UHGV virus genome: UHGV-0105148 | From: a virus | Reading direction: 5' to 3' (one strand) | DNA length: 64,000 bases | Part shown: positions 1 to 10,516 of the stretch, one piece after another | Position numbering within the stretch: position 1 is the first letter of the stretch | Layout of the letters: each line of letters opens with the position of its first letter | Notes under the pieces: generated by a model | Database searches by the model: none | The model's input: only the letters and a program-made list of their open reading frames with translations | Told to the model about the DNA's origin: nothing | Translations under genes and position numbers: made by a program

Positions 1-3000
1 GGATTATTCCAGGTAAGGGAATTAGCAGCTTGCGTAACAGTTACTGAATTAGAAGTTAAATGAGCATAAGTAGCAGTTATAGTTATAGACCTTGCATTTC
101 CTACTGTTGTACCTCTATTAGCTGCAGTTAAACTAAAACCACTTAACGTAAACCCAGTAGCTGATCCAGACCAACTTGTTACCAAGTCATTTCCACCTAA
201 ACCCTCAGTACCAGAAGTATACATTCTATATACTACAGTATGTAAAGTTACTGTTCCTCCACCTGCACCAATAGAAGTACTACTAGCTGATAATGTCATC
301 CTATTATCCACCCAGGTATTAGCCTGCTGATAGACTGTTGCAGATATACTACCTGATTTCCCATTTAAAGTATAGGTATAAGTTAGAGTACCTTTAGAAG
401 TTCTGCTAGTTATAGTAGTACCAAGGTTAGACCCAGATATACCTGCACTATATGTACCATTAGTTGGAGTAGCCTGAGAATAGGTATCATTTGAACCAGA
501 AGTATAGGTTCTAGTTTGAGATACTGTTCCACCTATAGTACCAGAACTAATAGTTCCACCAGATGCTGGAATGTCATTTACAGTTAAAGATCCACCTGTT
601 GGGTTTCCATAAGCTGTAATTTGATTAGCTTGTTGGTTTACTGTTTGAGTACCCCTTAATGTTCCGGTTACAACAGTACTCCCCAAAGTGGAAGGATGAG
701 TAAAGGTCACGGTAAATGTTGAAGTAATAACACCAGAAGTTCTAGCATTCCCAACCACTGTAGTTCTATTGGCTGCTGTTACTGATCCAGTACCTGTATT
801 TAAAGTAAACCCAGTTGTAGCAGGCATTGAATAACTACGGGAATAAGCCATTGTACCCCCATATTTACTGCCACTTGGATTAGTGTCACCAACTACCTGA
901 CCACTTGAAAAAGTAATAACTGCTTTTCCATTACCAACAGAAGCTGCTGTTCCACCTGAAGCAGGTATTAGTTTATTTGGGTAATAAAAGTGTACAGTAG
1001 CAGTAGAAGTGTTATTAACTAAAGCTTCTAATTTAGTTACCCTATTCTCTGCCTGAGTAAAGGTTAAACTGTTACCAGAGTTTGTACCATTGTAATTTCC
1101 TGTTACAGTACCAGTTAAAGCGGGTCCTACAGTTGAACCTCTGTTTGGTACAGTTATAGTAGCTTTAGAAACAGTAGCTCCAGATACCCCTGATACAGTT
1201 AAAGAAATACCAGCATCAGTAGCAGAAGGATATACCGTATTTGTACTGGTAGAAGTATATGTATTTTTTACTGCTACATCTACCACTAAACTACCACCAC
1301 TTGCAGCTACTGAATTAGTATTATTATGCCATCCAAATGTAACGGCAACACTATCAATAGAGTTAGCTTGCTGAGTAACTACATAAGCATTAGTAGCAAA
1401 TTTCCCATTTAGTGTAACACTAAATCTAGCTGTACCAACATTAGTTACCCCAGACACCACAGTACCTTTAGATGAAACTGTTACAGAACCGTTAGCTGTG
1501 GCAATACCAGTAAATTCGTAACTACCAGCTGGTAGGGTATTTAAATTAAAGGTATTTACTCCTTCATCATAGTCATCATTCCATCCCCAGGCTTGTGTTA
1601 CTTGTATAGTTGGAGATACTGTTCCTCCCTTTGCTGGTACTTGAGGATATGAGATGGTAATAACTGGAGTATCATAAATCACAGTACCAGCAGGTTGAGC
1701 TACTTCAGCTTGAGCTGATTTAGTTAGAGTAGAAGATCCATTCCAACTTGGACTTGATACATCTACTTTTACATTAGCTTTTAATTCTTGAGAAACTTCT
1801 GCTTCTGTAGCACTTACTACTCCAGTATTAGCATTTATACTAAAAGTTGATGGGGCAGTTCCTACAAAAGCATACTTACCAGTATAGGAAGTTGGATTTA
1901 CCCACTTAACTTCCTCAGAAGTATATAACTGATTGATATGTATTGATAGTGATGGACTTGAATTACCACCAAGAACCGGTATATCAGTATTATATACAAA
2001 AGAATCTATAATGATTTCTTCTGATTCAATAATATTAGCCTGCTGATAGACTGTTGCAGTAGCATGTCTAGTAATATCAGCTCCACCACCATTATATACT
2101 AAACTTGGAACCCACCGAAAGTTTTTATGGTATTTTGATTCTGCAGAACCCCTATCTACTCTAGCAGTTTTATTAGAAGTAACTGTTAATACCCCAGTTA
2201 TGGCATTTATTTTCCAGGTAGAGTATTGGGAATTTATAGTACCAAGTTCATAGTTACTCTCAGTATAGAATGACCCATAAGTACTAGCTGGAATAACTCC
2301 TGCTTCTCCTTCTGTCCCAGAAGTATAAATCATCGATGGTTCTTTACGCTGGGTAACAGTGGGACTAGAAGTACCTCCTTTTGCTGGTATTTCTAAAGGG
2401 TTGTAGGATAAAGATAATACATCTTCTGGTAACCGGATATCAACTACGTAGTTACCTTCTCGTGTTACTTGAGCTTGTTTTTGGACTTCATTTGATTCCA
2501 GGGTTCTATAACTGTAATTACTAGAAGGAGTCCAGGTAACTTTATCGGTTCTAGTAACTTGTGGAGAAGTAGTCTCATTAACAATAGTTGTTCCAAGACT
2601 TGCCATAGTTACATTACCTGATTGAGCTGATAACCCAGTAAAGCTTCCACTTGGGCCAGGCCAAGAATAGTTTACTGTATCTGATAAAGTACCAAATTCA
2701 GTACCAGGTTTATCAGTAGAAGTAGCTCCAGAAATAAATGTATATTTTACATTATAAGTTCTACTCAATAAATCTGGACCAACAGAATTTTTAGCAGCAG
2801 TTCCTTTAGTACTATAGGTATGAGCCCAAGAATCTAATAACTCGATCTGAGTTACTTTGTTTTGTTCTTGATATACATCAGTGGTTTTAGTTGCACTCTT
2901 TCCATTAAGTGATACAGTAACTTCTAAGGTACCAGCTACAGTGGAATTACTTATTGTAATATCCTTTGAATTAGCAGATACTGGGTCACCATAGGTAATG

Positions 3001-4139
3001 GTAGCACCAGTAGTTATATTTTCAAATTCCCCAGAAGTATAAGAAGCTACCTGAGAATAAGAAACAGTTCCACTTGATACTTGTCCACCAGATGCTGGGA
3101 TATCAGCTGCACCAAATAAAGAAATATTTATATCTGAATAGGTTACTGTGTTAGCCTGCTGAGTTATATCAGCAGTTCTAGTGATTGAATTGCTGGTTGG
3201 TTCAAAGATATTATCTTTATAAGATATCTGAACTCTGTGGGTTAAATATATGGTTTCTTCTAAAGCTTCACCCAGAATGGTTCCCCTTGTACCTATAGTT
3301 ACTACACCAGTAGACTCATCTATAGAAAATGGAGAATTAGAAGTATGAATCTTAAAAGTATTAGTTTTGGTTATAGTATTAATATACTCTGACGTGGGTA
3401 AGTCATTTAAAGTTTCACCACTGGAAAAAGTGGTTATATAAGATATGTTACCCACTACTGGACTTGAAGTACCTCCTTTTGCTGGAATTTCTGAAGGGTT
3501 GTAGGATAGAGTTACTGATGGTGCTACTTTAGTTACTTTATTTTCTTCCTGGGTTATAATAACCGATCCAGAGATTGTAGAACCATCAATAGTATTATTA
3601 GTATACCCAACTATATTAATTGCTCTAGAAGGACCTATAACGGTCCCCCTGTTGCTTGCAGTTACTGTCTTTCCTGATATACTAAATCCTGGAGCATAAC
3701 CACTCATTGTGAAAGGAGTTTCTAAAGTAGAAACCTTTCTACCATTTCTCCAAGTAGTTAATATCCCTTTAAGTTCAAGAGAACCACCAGATGCTGGGAT
3801 AGTTATTTCCCCTGATTTAGATTTTATTTCCAAAGTATATTCATAGGTAGCTTTCTCCTGAGTTACATTAAGATCAGCATAAGTTTTCTCACCAGTACTT
3901 ACACCGATCTTAACTGCTTCAAGAGTAAAGCTTTTACTACGTGGGTTTATATCCAGTTGTTCATTAGAACCAATTAAAAAAGTGGGATTCAACTTGGTAG
4001 TATCTTGAAATATGTATAAATTATCATTCTCTACACCTTCTTTCCACGGTACAGTAGCTACAACTGGATAAGTTTCCCCAGTTGCCCTTGAATCTATAGC
4101 TGCAAGAATGATATTTGGAGAAGTTTTACTCTTTACCAT
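1..4139 (-). CDS. Large repeat-containing virion protein (BACON/Ig-like tandem domains), 3' end runs off the window
   Basis: Absent from the ORF track. ATG at 4139 (MVKSKTSPNIILA...), and the same frame reads ...TVTQAANSLTWNN at the left edge. About 11-12 Thr/Ser/Gly-rich units carry IPAxGG and VxQxxN motifs. I checked the frame at both ends and spot-checked between. Confidence 0.8.
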   Translation of the reverse strand, partial: MVKSKTSPNIILAAIDSRATGETYPVVATVPWKEGVENDNLYIFQDTTKLNPTFLIGSNEQLDINPRSKSFTLEAVKIGVSTGEKTYADLNVTQEKATYEYTLEIKSKSGEITIPASGGSLELKGILTTWRNGRKVSTLETPFTMSGYAPGFSISGKTVTASNRGTVIGPSRAINIVGYTNNTIDGSTISGSVIITQEENKVTKVAPSVTLSYNPSEIPAKGGTSSPVVGNISYITTFSSGETLNDLPTSEYINTITKTNTFKIHTSNSPFSIDESTGVVTIGTRGTILGEALEETIYLTHRVQISYKDNIFEPTSNSITRTADITQQANTVTYSDINISLFGAADIPASGGQVSSGTVSYSQVASYTSGEFENITTGATITYGDPVSANSKDITISNSTVAGTLEVTVSLNGKSATKTTDVYQEQNKVTQIELLDSWAHTYSTKGTAAKNSVGPDLLSRTYNVKYTFISGATSTDKPGTEFGTLSDTVNYSWPGPSGSFTGLSAQSGNVTMASLGTTIVNETTSPQVTRTDKVTWTPSSNYSYRTLESNEVQKQAQVTREGNYVVDIRLPEDVLSLSYNPLEIPAKGGTSSPTVTQRKEPSMIYTSGTEGEAGVIPASTYGSFYTESNYELGTINSQYSTWKINAITGVLTVTSNKTARVDRGSAESKYHKNFRWVPSLVYNGGGADITRHATATVYQQANIIESEEIIIDSFVYNTDIPVLGGNSSPSLSIHINQLYTSEEVKWVNPTSYTGKYAFVGTAPSTFSINANTGVVSATEAEVSQELKANVKVDVSSPSWNGSSTLTKSAQAEVAQPAGTVIYDTPVITISYPQVPAKGGTVSPTIQVTQAWGWNDDYDEGVNTFNLNTLPAGSYEFTGIATANGSVTVSSKGTVVSGVTNVGTARFSVTLNGKFATNAYVVTQQANSIDSVAVTFGWHNNTNSVAASGGSLVVDVAVKNTYTSTSTNTVYPSATDAGISLTVSGVSGATVSKATITVPNRGSTVGPALTGTVTGNYNGTNSGNSLTFTQAENRVTKLEALVNNTSTATVHFYYPNKLIPASGGTAASVGNGKAVITFSSGQVVGDTNPSGSKYGGTMAYSRSYSMPATTGFTLNTGTGSVTAANRTTVVGNARTSGVITSTFTVTFTHPSTLGSTVVTGTLRGTQTVNQQANQITAYGNPTGGSLTVNDIPASGGTISSGTIGGTVSQTRTYTSGSNDTYSQATPTNGTYSAGISGSNLGTTITSRTSKGTLTYTYTLNGKSGSISATVYQQANTWVDNRMTLSASSTSIGAGGGTVTLHTVVYRMYTSGTEGLGGNDLVTSWSGSATGFTLSGFSLTAANRGTTVGNARSITITATYAHLTSNSVTVTQAANSLTWNN

Positions 4140-4157
4140 AACTCAGAGAGTTAAAAG

Positions 4158-4433
4158 TTACTTATAAATAGAATCAGACATATCAAAGCTGGCAACTATA
4201 GAACCATCTACTTGTTGAACAACTTTTAAAAAAGCTGATGCTTGATATTGTGATTGAGAGGGTACTACATTACCTTTGAACTCAAAAATTTTAGCTCTTT
4301 CCTTTTTGGATGAATTATCATCCGAAGATAGTTGTATTGGTTCTCCAGCTCCTAACTTAGAGAAATCCATATATAGATTATCATTTGTACCATCAGCCCA
4401 TGGAATGGTAACAAAATTGTTTCCGGTTGGCAT
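4158..4433 (-). CDS. Small structural protein, paralogous to the N-terminus of the downstream repeat protein
   Basis: VTIPWADGTNDNLY resembles ATVPWKEGVENDNLY at the start of the 1-4139 ORF. Confidence 0.65.
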   Translation of the reverse strand: MPTGNNFVTIPWADGTNDNLYMDFSKLGAGEPIQLSSDDNSSKKERAKIFEFKGNVVPSQSQYQASAFLKVVQQVDGSIVASFDMSDSIYK

Positions 4434-4444
4434 ATTATTTGTAT

Positions 4445-6397
4445 TTAATTAGTGGTACCCGTATTATTTACACCTATAATACCATTAATGGTATTGCTTA
4501 TAGCTTGATACTCATTGTTTTCAAAATCAATGGTTATCTCTATATAGTGACCCCATACAACTGTAGACATAATTATCTGGAATATTGTAGGATTATCAGG
4601 ATCTATACTTTTTAGTAAACTATAGGTAATATCAGATGGTACTTGAACTTCATTAAAGGTTACAGTCTTACTAATAAATACCCTGCCATTATTAAAGGCA
4701 TCTAATAAGTCAATGGCTGTGCCCAGTATTGATGTTATGTGAGTTGAAGATGCCAAGCTATCTAATTTTGATGGATCTCCCGGGAATATATAAGTTGAAG
4801 ATGCTTGACCAACAACATTGATCTGGTCTGAAAGTCCATCCAGCTTGGTTTTATCCGCCGCCGACATCAGCCCGGCCTGGGAAGTAGTTGCATTGCCGAG
4901 ATTGCCGGAATCGTAAATTTTATATGAACCTTTACCGTCGTTCCTATACACAGGAGTATCATTGGGGGTCACAATGCGGGTTTTCTTGGTACTAGTTCCA
5001 ACGGCTACGCACACGCCATCACCGGCTATATCAAGTAACCCAACAACGTTCCCACCGGCAGCATCCCTTATGGCAACTCCGTCTTTAAATTGGAAGTATC
5101 CCGTAATCATTTTATTGCCAGATAACGGCAGGTAATTGTCCAGGGGAATTACATCGGTCCATGCCGACCAAGAACCGGCATGTAAATTCCGAAACCAAAT
5201 TTTTTTATCCTTGAATGCCCATTGGCGCTTAAAGTCTGGATTATTATCCATTGCGAAAGTGAACCCTTGGAAATAAGCATTTTCAAGCGGGGCGTTGGCT
5301 GGAGTTCCATTGGTTGAAAAGACCGCATTCAGCGGCGCGTTATTCAAGTCGGAAACCACATTGACAAATCCGAACTTATCGTCCGGATTGAATTCAAACT
5401 GAGTCCAAACTCTCTTCCAATCGCTCCATTCTCCACCATGTTTATACCTGTAAAACATGCTACCATAGTACTCGAAATAGAGCTGATGAGCAGCATTAGT
5501 ATCCCAATTTGTATGGATAATGTGACCACCACCAGGGGAGCCGCTATTAGGTGTATTTGTACAACCAGATACAAGACGGTACAATCCAGAAGTATCTATC
5601 GTATTTAAATCTCCATTGAACCAATTATAATTTAACTTGGAGTCCGGATTGAAATTGGCAGTATTATATAAAGATACCCAAGGACCCCATATTTTGTCAG
5701 ACTCAGAAGCTTTTATGGTTCTTAAAAATATAGCCCCATCAATATTACCATCTGAAGTAGCTATCTGAGCTCCCCATCCTCCATTATCCCATGAGAAAGT
5801 TAATAAGAATCCAGTTGTAAGGTTACCAGGTTTTGTACCAGTAGTATTACCATCAAATAGGTCATATCTTAAATATGAAGACATGGATGCTAAATTTACA
5901 TCCATACTTTCAACCCTAGTTCCAGCTTTGATAGAATTTATATTATTTATAAGCTGAGATAACTTGGTTAGATTATCCTTAGTCCAAGCTTTATTATCAA
6001 TAAAATTTTCAAAGGTAGTAGTCGGTAACTTCTGACCTATTTGATCCATTACTGTGGTAGCAAAATTTGAATCATCTCCTAAAGCTTTAGCTAACTCATA
6101 AAGAGTATCTAAGGCTTCTGGAGATCCATCAACTACATCTGCTATCTTTTGATCGGTATATGATTCTGCACTAGTTAATACAGTTTGATCAGCTATACCA
6201 TATGATTTAGTTATATCTTTAACTGTCTGGTCTAACTGATCTTGAGATACTCCTCCACCTCCGGATGCTATTTCATCACTTATAGCATCTACCATATCTC
6301 TTACTGTATCATCTCTACTACCCCCAAGTAATAACCTTCCAACACACCAATTAAGGTATTCCTTTAAACTATCTTTTATACTTCTCTTTGTTCTCAT
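4445..6397 (-). CDS. Tail fibre / receptor-binding protein
   Basis: Common fibre motifs SPEALDTLYELAKALGDDSNFATTV and AGLMSAADKTKLDGL, plus three knob-like modules ending WGPW/WSDW/WSAW. Confidence 0.8.
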   Translation of the reverse strand: MRTKRSIKDSLKEYLNWCVGRLLLGGSRDDTVRDMVDAISDEIASGGGGVSQDQLDQTVKDITKSYGIADQTVLTSAESYTDQKIADVVDGSPEALDTLYELAKALGDDSNFATTVMDQIGQKLPTTTFENFIDNKAWTKDNLTKLSQLINNINSIKAGTRVESMDVNLASMSSYLRYDLFDGNTTGTKPGNLTTGFLLTFSWDNGGWGAQIATSDGNIDGAIFLRTIKASESDKIWGPWVSLYNTANFNPDSKLNYNWFNGDLNTIDTSGLYRLVSGCTNTPNSGSPGGGHIIHTNWDTNAAHQLYFEYYGSMFYRYKHGGEWSDWKRVWTQFEFNPDDKFGFVNVVSDLNNAPLNAVFSTNGTPANAPLENAYFQGFTFAMDNNPDFKRQWAFKDKKIWFRNLHAGSWSAWTDVIPLDNYLPLSGNKMITGYFQFKDGVAIRDAAGGNVVGLLDIAGDGVCVAVGTSTKKTRIVTPNDTPVYRNDGKGSYKIYDSGNLGNATTSQAGLMSAADKTKLDGLSDQINVVGQASSTYIFPGDPSKLDSLASSTHITSILGTAIDLLDAFNNGRVFISKTVTFNEVQVPSDITYSLLKSIDPDNPTIFQIIMSTVVWGHYIEITIDFENNEYQAISNTINGIIGVNNTGTTN

Positions 6398-6427
6398 GAC
6401 AAAAAAAAATACAAAATTCTATTTTAC

Positions 6428-6456
6428 AAAATAGGGTGATTTCCATATCATCCTAT
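6428..6456 (-). terminator. Putative intrinsic terminator
   Basis: Hairpin ATAGGATGAT/ATCACCCTAT followed by TTT on the minus strand. Confidence 0.5.
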
Positions 6457-6549
6457 CATTAAAAACTATTCTCTGGATACGCCTTTTATTTAATACCATA
6501 TTTGCTATCTTTCTTTTATCAAAGATAAGTATAGCTAAGTGATCTGGTT

Positions 6550-7377
6550 TCATGATTGTTCTACTTGAATTGTAGTATATAATTCAGCATACAAAGTACC
6601 CTCCTTAGCATCTACTAATTTATTGAAAGATTTATAGATACCAGGTTCACTAAAAGTGATAGTCCAAGGGGTTATAGCTTCATAATCAGCTGGTATGTTA
6701 AATCCTTCGGGAGGTCCCCAAGTACCAGAATTTACATAGGTATGTTCTTGTCCAAGTGAATCAGTAGCTTTATAAGTCACAGTAGCAGCTTCACTTGGTT
6801 TTTCAGTTACACCAAATATACAAACTACTCCATCCAAACCATTTTCTCCGATAAGCATGGTTTTTAAAGTAACATTAGCTACTACTGGTACTTCTGCTTT
6901 TGGAGTACTTTCAAAACCTATTTGAAAACCATAGGTTGCTGTATCTGGAATAGGTTCATATTCAAAGTAAAGAATGTTATCTTCTACTCCTGGAGCATTT
7001 TCAACTACCTGGATACCATCTACAATATCAGAAGTTAAGTATTTAGATAGCTTTCCTGGGTCTGGGATTGGAAGTTCTACCCATTTAGTAGCATCAGACC
7101 AAGTAAGGATATCAGTACCAAAATATATCCAAACTTCTGGTTTTGGTTGAGTGTCTTTATTAAGAAAGGTTAATATCCTTACAGTAGTACGTTCTTTATC
7201 TGGAACTAAAGCTAGAGCATCAGCTAAAGTTAATTGTAAATAATTTTGTCCCACTGGGGCATACCTTACAGAAGCATTAATAACCCCATCTGCAAGAATT
7301 TGATTGATTTCTTTGGTAGTGTAATTCAGAGTAGTGGGAGTATCTGGATTACAGCAATCACAGGTACAGGTTGCCAT
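6550..7377 (-). CDS. Putative virion structural protein (Ig-like C-terminus)
   Basis: 275 aa, in the structural operon, beta-rich C-terminal half. Confidence 0.55.
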   Translation of the reverse strand: MATCTCDCCNPDTPTTLNYTTKEINQILADGVINASVRYAPVGQNYLQLTLADALALVPDKERTTVRILTFLNKDTQPKPEVWIYFGTDILTWSDATKWVELPIPDPGKLSKYLTSDIVDGIQVVENAPGVEDNILYFEYEPIPDTATYGFQIGFESTPKAEVPVVANVTLKTMLIGENGLDGVVCIFGVTEKPSEAATVTYKATDSLGQEHTYVNSGTWGPPEGFNIPADYEAITPWTITFSEPGIYKSFNKLVDAKEGTLYAELYTTIQVEQS

Positions 7378-7385
7378 ATATTTGG

Positions 7386-8030
7386 TTATTTTAAGTTTCC
7401 AATTATTGTACCATCTTTTGATTTGATGGGTATATCTGGGCTACCACTTACTTTAAGTGGTAAGTTACAAAAATCTCTTACTCGTTGGTTTGAAGAATCT
7501 ATCAACCATATACCCTGATCACCAACTACCATAGCATTTGGTCCAGTATATGTTTCTAAAATTTCTTCCGATTTTTCTGGGTCTTCCCTACGCATAATAA
7601 GGAAGAAGAGTAATGGTTCATCCTTAGCTTGTGCTACCTGGGTATCTCCACCTGGTTTTAATACTTTACCATTTAAGATAAATCTATCTTCTGACCAGTT
7701 AAAATCCCAATACCCATATTCATTAAGAAAACCATTTTCTTTTAGAAGCCTTCCAGAAATATATAATACTGTATCCCCTGGATTTAATTCACCAGATATG
7801 GATAACTCTTCTAGAGGCCATGTTTTTATATAATTATACTGGAACAGTCCTTCCAATTGAATGGGTGTATAGACTGTTCCAGTATCCTCTCCATAAGGAA
7901 GAGGCTGCTCAATTTTTCTTAACCACAAGAAAGGTTGCCTACCAGAGTCAACATCAATGAAGTCTCTTACGATTTTTTTATAGCGTTCCCATCCAGTGGT
8001 TGAAACTCTACTGACCTTTCTTCGTGGCAT
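7386..8030 (-). CDS. Putative head closure/neck protein
   Basis: Position after the adaptor gene; DRFILNGKVL beta motif typical of head-closure proteins. Confidence 0.5.
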   Translation of the reverse strand: MPRRKVSRVSTTGWERYKKIVRDFIDVDSGRQPFLWLRKIEQPLPYGEDTGTVYTPIQLEGLFQYNYIKTWPLEELSISGELNPGDTVLYISGRLLKENGFLNEYGYWDFNWSEDRFILNGKVLKPGGDTQVAQAKDEPLLFFLIMRREDPEKSEEILETYTGPNAMVVGDQGIWLIDSSNQRVRDFCNLPLKVSGSPDIPIKSKDGTIIGNLK

Positions 8031-8039
8031 AGTTTAATA

Positions 8040-8885
8040 TTATTTGAGGAGTGAGAAAGGGTCTGGACCAGATAATGGTCCTTTTATACGTTTGTTTACA
8101 GCTTTTGGAACTACTACTCTAGTTGGTCTTTCACAGATGGGTAAATAAATATCCAAACGACCAGCTAGCATACATAGATTCTCTTTCATCATATCTAATA
8201 AACCACCAGGGCCTAAAGCTTTGATGATATTTGAAGCTAGATCAGATTCATCCTCATTGGGATTGAAATACTCTACTTGAGTGGGACCAGTTTGGATTTT
8301 CTTTACATCACCTTGATACCCATCAGGTGGTTCAGACCCACCAGAACTTGAAGTTGTATTATTTTCTAATATGGATTGAGCTTGAGCCTTTACCATATTA
8401 GCAACTTGCACTGACATAAAATCATAAGCTGCCAACTCCATTATTAATTGGTTTTCTAGAGCTTCATAATACATTTCATTATTATACTCTTGGAGAGGGA
8501 TGCAATGATTTACTAGAGGCTGTAAATACAGCTGCCATTTTTCAATAAATTGTCGTTTAGTACTTGTAGTTACTACCCCAAATATATTTTCTGGGATATA
8601 TGTATCTATAAGTTGATATATTGAACCTGACAGATGAGTTTTTGCCTTATCAGTTACTGGTACTCTTTGTTCACTACTACCAACAGTATTTGAAGCAGGA
8701 TCTTTAACTACAAGTATTACCTTATAAAATCCTGGTTTATCAAATTCATGAGTAGGATTATTTAGAGTAGATTGGGTATTATCACCAAAGTCCCAGTGAT
8801 AAGTATAATCACTGGGTACTCTGGTAGATAAGTTTTCAAAAGTGACTTTGAGTCCCACAGTAGCATAATTAAAATCTACTACCAT
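8040..8885 (-). CDS. PKD-domain protein, probable head-tail adaptor
   Basis: PKD signature VTFENLS...YHWDFGD...NPTHEFDKPGFYKVIL; C-terminal VKKIQTGPTQVEY is adaptor-like. Confidence 0.7.
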   Translation of the reverse strand: MVVDFNYATVGLKVTFENLSTRVPSDYTYHWDFGDNTQSTLNNPTHEFDKPGFYKVILVVKDPASNTVGSSEQRVPVTDKAKTHLSGSIYQLIDTYIPENIFGVVTTSTKRQFIEKWQLYLQPLVNHCIPLQEYNNEMYYEALENQLIMELAAYDFMSVQVANMVKAQAQSILENNTTSSSGGSEPPDGYQGDVKKIQTGPTQVEYFNPNEDESDLASNIIKALGPGGLLDMMKENLCMLAGRLDIYLPICERPTRVVVPKAVNKRIKGPLSGPDPFSLLK

Positions 8886-8897
8886 GGCTTATAATAT

Positions 8898-9296
8898 TTA
8901 TTCGTTAGCAGGAGCAAGTTCACCAACTATAGCTTCTACAATTGAAGCCTTGGTATCATCTTCTTCTACTTCAATTTCAAATAACTCTGCAATACCTTTC
9001 AGCTGAGTTAAATTGAAATTATTTGACAGTTTCTTAATATCTAATCCCTGATTAAAGAGATCAATGAACTTAGCTTTGTCCTCTTCTGGGTTATATTTTA
9101 TTTCTTCTTTCTGTACTTCTTTGGGTAAACCTACTACCCGTACCAGATGACCACCACCAAGAGCAGCTTTTATCTTTGGATTCATCTGCTGATGAAGGTT
9201 AAGTTCTACCGTTTGACCTTTGGTAATGGTTAACCCAGTTTTCATATCATGAAAAACCGAAGCATTTTCTCCGAGTTGTACTGTTATATTAGCCAT
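8898..9296 (-). CDS. Small post-capsid protein with C-terminal HeH/Rho-N-like motif
   Basis: LTQLKGIAELFEIEV...TKASIVEAI; directly follows the capsid gene. Confidence 0.55.
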   Translation of the reverse strand: MANITVQLGENASVFHDMKTGLTITKGQTVELNLHQQMNPKIKAALGGGHLVRVVGLPKEVQKEEIKYNPEEDKAKFIDLFNQGLDIKKLSNNFNLTQLKGIAELFEIEVEEDDTKASIVEAIVGELAPANE

Positions 9297-9321
9297 AGTT
9301 GAATTTTTTAGTTAAATGAAG

Positions 9322-9362
9322 AAATCCCGAGACCAGGTGTATTATTCCTGATCCCGGGGTTT
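9322..9362 (-). terminator. Hairpin after the major capsid gene
   Basis: Imperfect GC-rich stem followed by TTTCTT on the minus strand. Confidence 0.5.
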
Positions 9363-9368
9363 AGATAA

Positions 9369-10490
9369 TTACTTTTCAATACTTACAGTGATATAAGGAT
9401 CAACTTCCATATATGCTGGGAAACCATTTTCACTGAATTTCTTAGTACCATCTAAGAGGATAGCAGCATCCTGATACATCTTGGAAAAACCAGTAGTAAT
9501 AGTAGCATAAGTAGCTTCCGTCTGGTTAGAAACAATTCGTTCAGATTCCAGCATTAACTGACGGGCCGTTAATTTAATCAGAGCTGCACGAGGATCTACT
9601 AACAGTAACTCATTGTCAGGTACACCAGGGTGAATATAGAAATCAGCACTGTTAGGAACTGGAGTCTTCAGGTTAAGAGTTGCCATGGTAGTACCAGACT
9701 GACGATTCTTGAACTCTGGTAAGTCCAAAATATCAATAGCCTGTTCCTCATCACCAACCATGGTTTTAAAGTTACGACCTAAACGAGAAGCACGTACCCA
9801 AATACGGAGTAAATCCTTATACTGGATACCAGCAGCAGTATCACCAACACCAATTACCGGAGCAGACTCAGAACCATCAGACTGGTTACCATTGATAAGT
9901 ACATCCAGAGCTAAACCATCCAAAGCATAACCCAGCTGAACACCAAAGTCACGCAGGAAAATGGCCATTACATCCAGAGAAACGTAGTTACGAACTTCAT
10001 CAGTAATTTTAAAACCACGACCTACTTTGAAGAGGCTTACTGATTTCTGTCCAAAACTTACATCCCCCAGTGGAATGGTTTCAGCTTCGTTTACTCGAGA
10101 AGGAGCAGCATCGGATGGATTAACAAATGGCATAATAGCAGTTAACCCATTGATTGCCTGATCAGAAGCTATGATATTGGGATAGAATGGAGCTTCTTTC
10201 ATACCCAAATAGATAGCACTACGGATGATTTCTGGTACCAACCAACGAATGCTCTGATCAGGCATAGTGAAGATATTGTGCATAGTATCCCGCTTAACAT
10301 TTACTTCCAGTTTATCATAGTAATCGTTAAGGGAAAGACCATAGCAATTCTTTACGAAATCTTCCAATGAAATATCAGTGGGTACTTCATCCTTGTTACC
10401 CTGACGGAAGGCATCGAGCTGGGAAACTATCTGTGGCAACTCTTTACGGAAATCAGCTGCCTTCATGTTTTCAATATTTACAGTACTCAT
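9369..10490 (-). CDS. Major capsid protein (HK97 fold)
   Basis: 373 aa; RWLVPEII, VNEAETIP, KVGRGFKITDE, LDGLALDVLING; canonical gene order. Confidence 0.85.
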   Translation of the reverse strand: MSTVNIENMKAADFRKELPQIVSQLDAFRQGNKDEVPTDISLEDFVKNCYGLSLNDYYDKLEVNVKRDTMHNIFTMPDQSIRWLVPEIIRSAIYLGMKEAPFYPNIIASDQAINGLTAIMPFVNPSDAAPSRVNEAETIPLGDVSFGQKSVSLFKVGRGFKITDEVRNYVSLDVMAIFLRDFGVQLGYALDGLALDVLINGNQSDGSESAPVIGVGDTAAGIQYKDLLRIWVRASRLGRNFKTMVGDEEQAIDILDLPEFKNRQSGTTMATLNLKTPVPNSADFYIHPGVPDNELLLVDPRAALIKLTARQLMLESERIVSNQTEATYATITTGFSKMYQDAAILLDGTKKFSENGFPAYMEVDPYITVSIEK

Positions 10491-10516
10491 TACTTTCTAA
10501 TTTATTGGTTTAATGA

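Noticed and set aside
1..6397. Diversity-generating retroelement acting on the fibre genes
   Set aside because: No reverse transcriptase is in the window, and the repeats found are short, in-frame and not adenine-specific TR/VR pairs.
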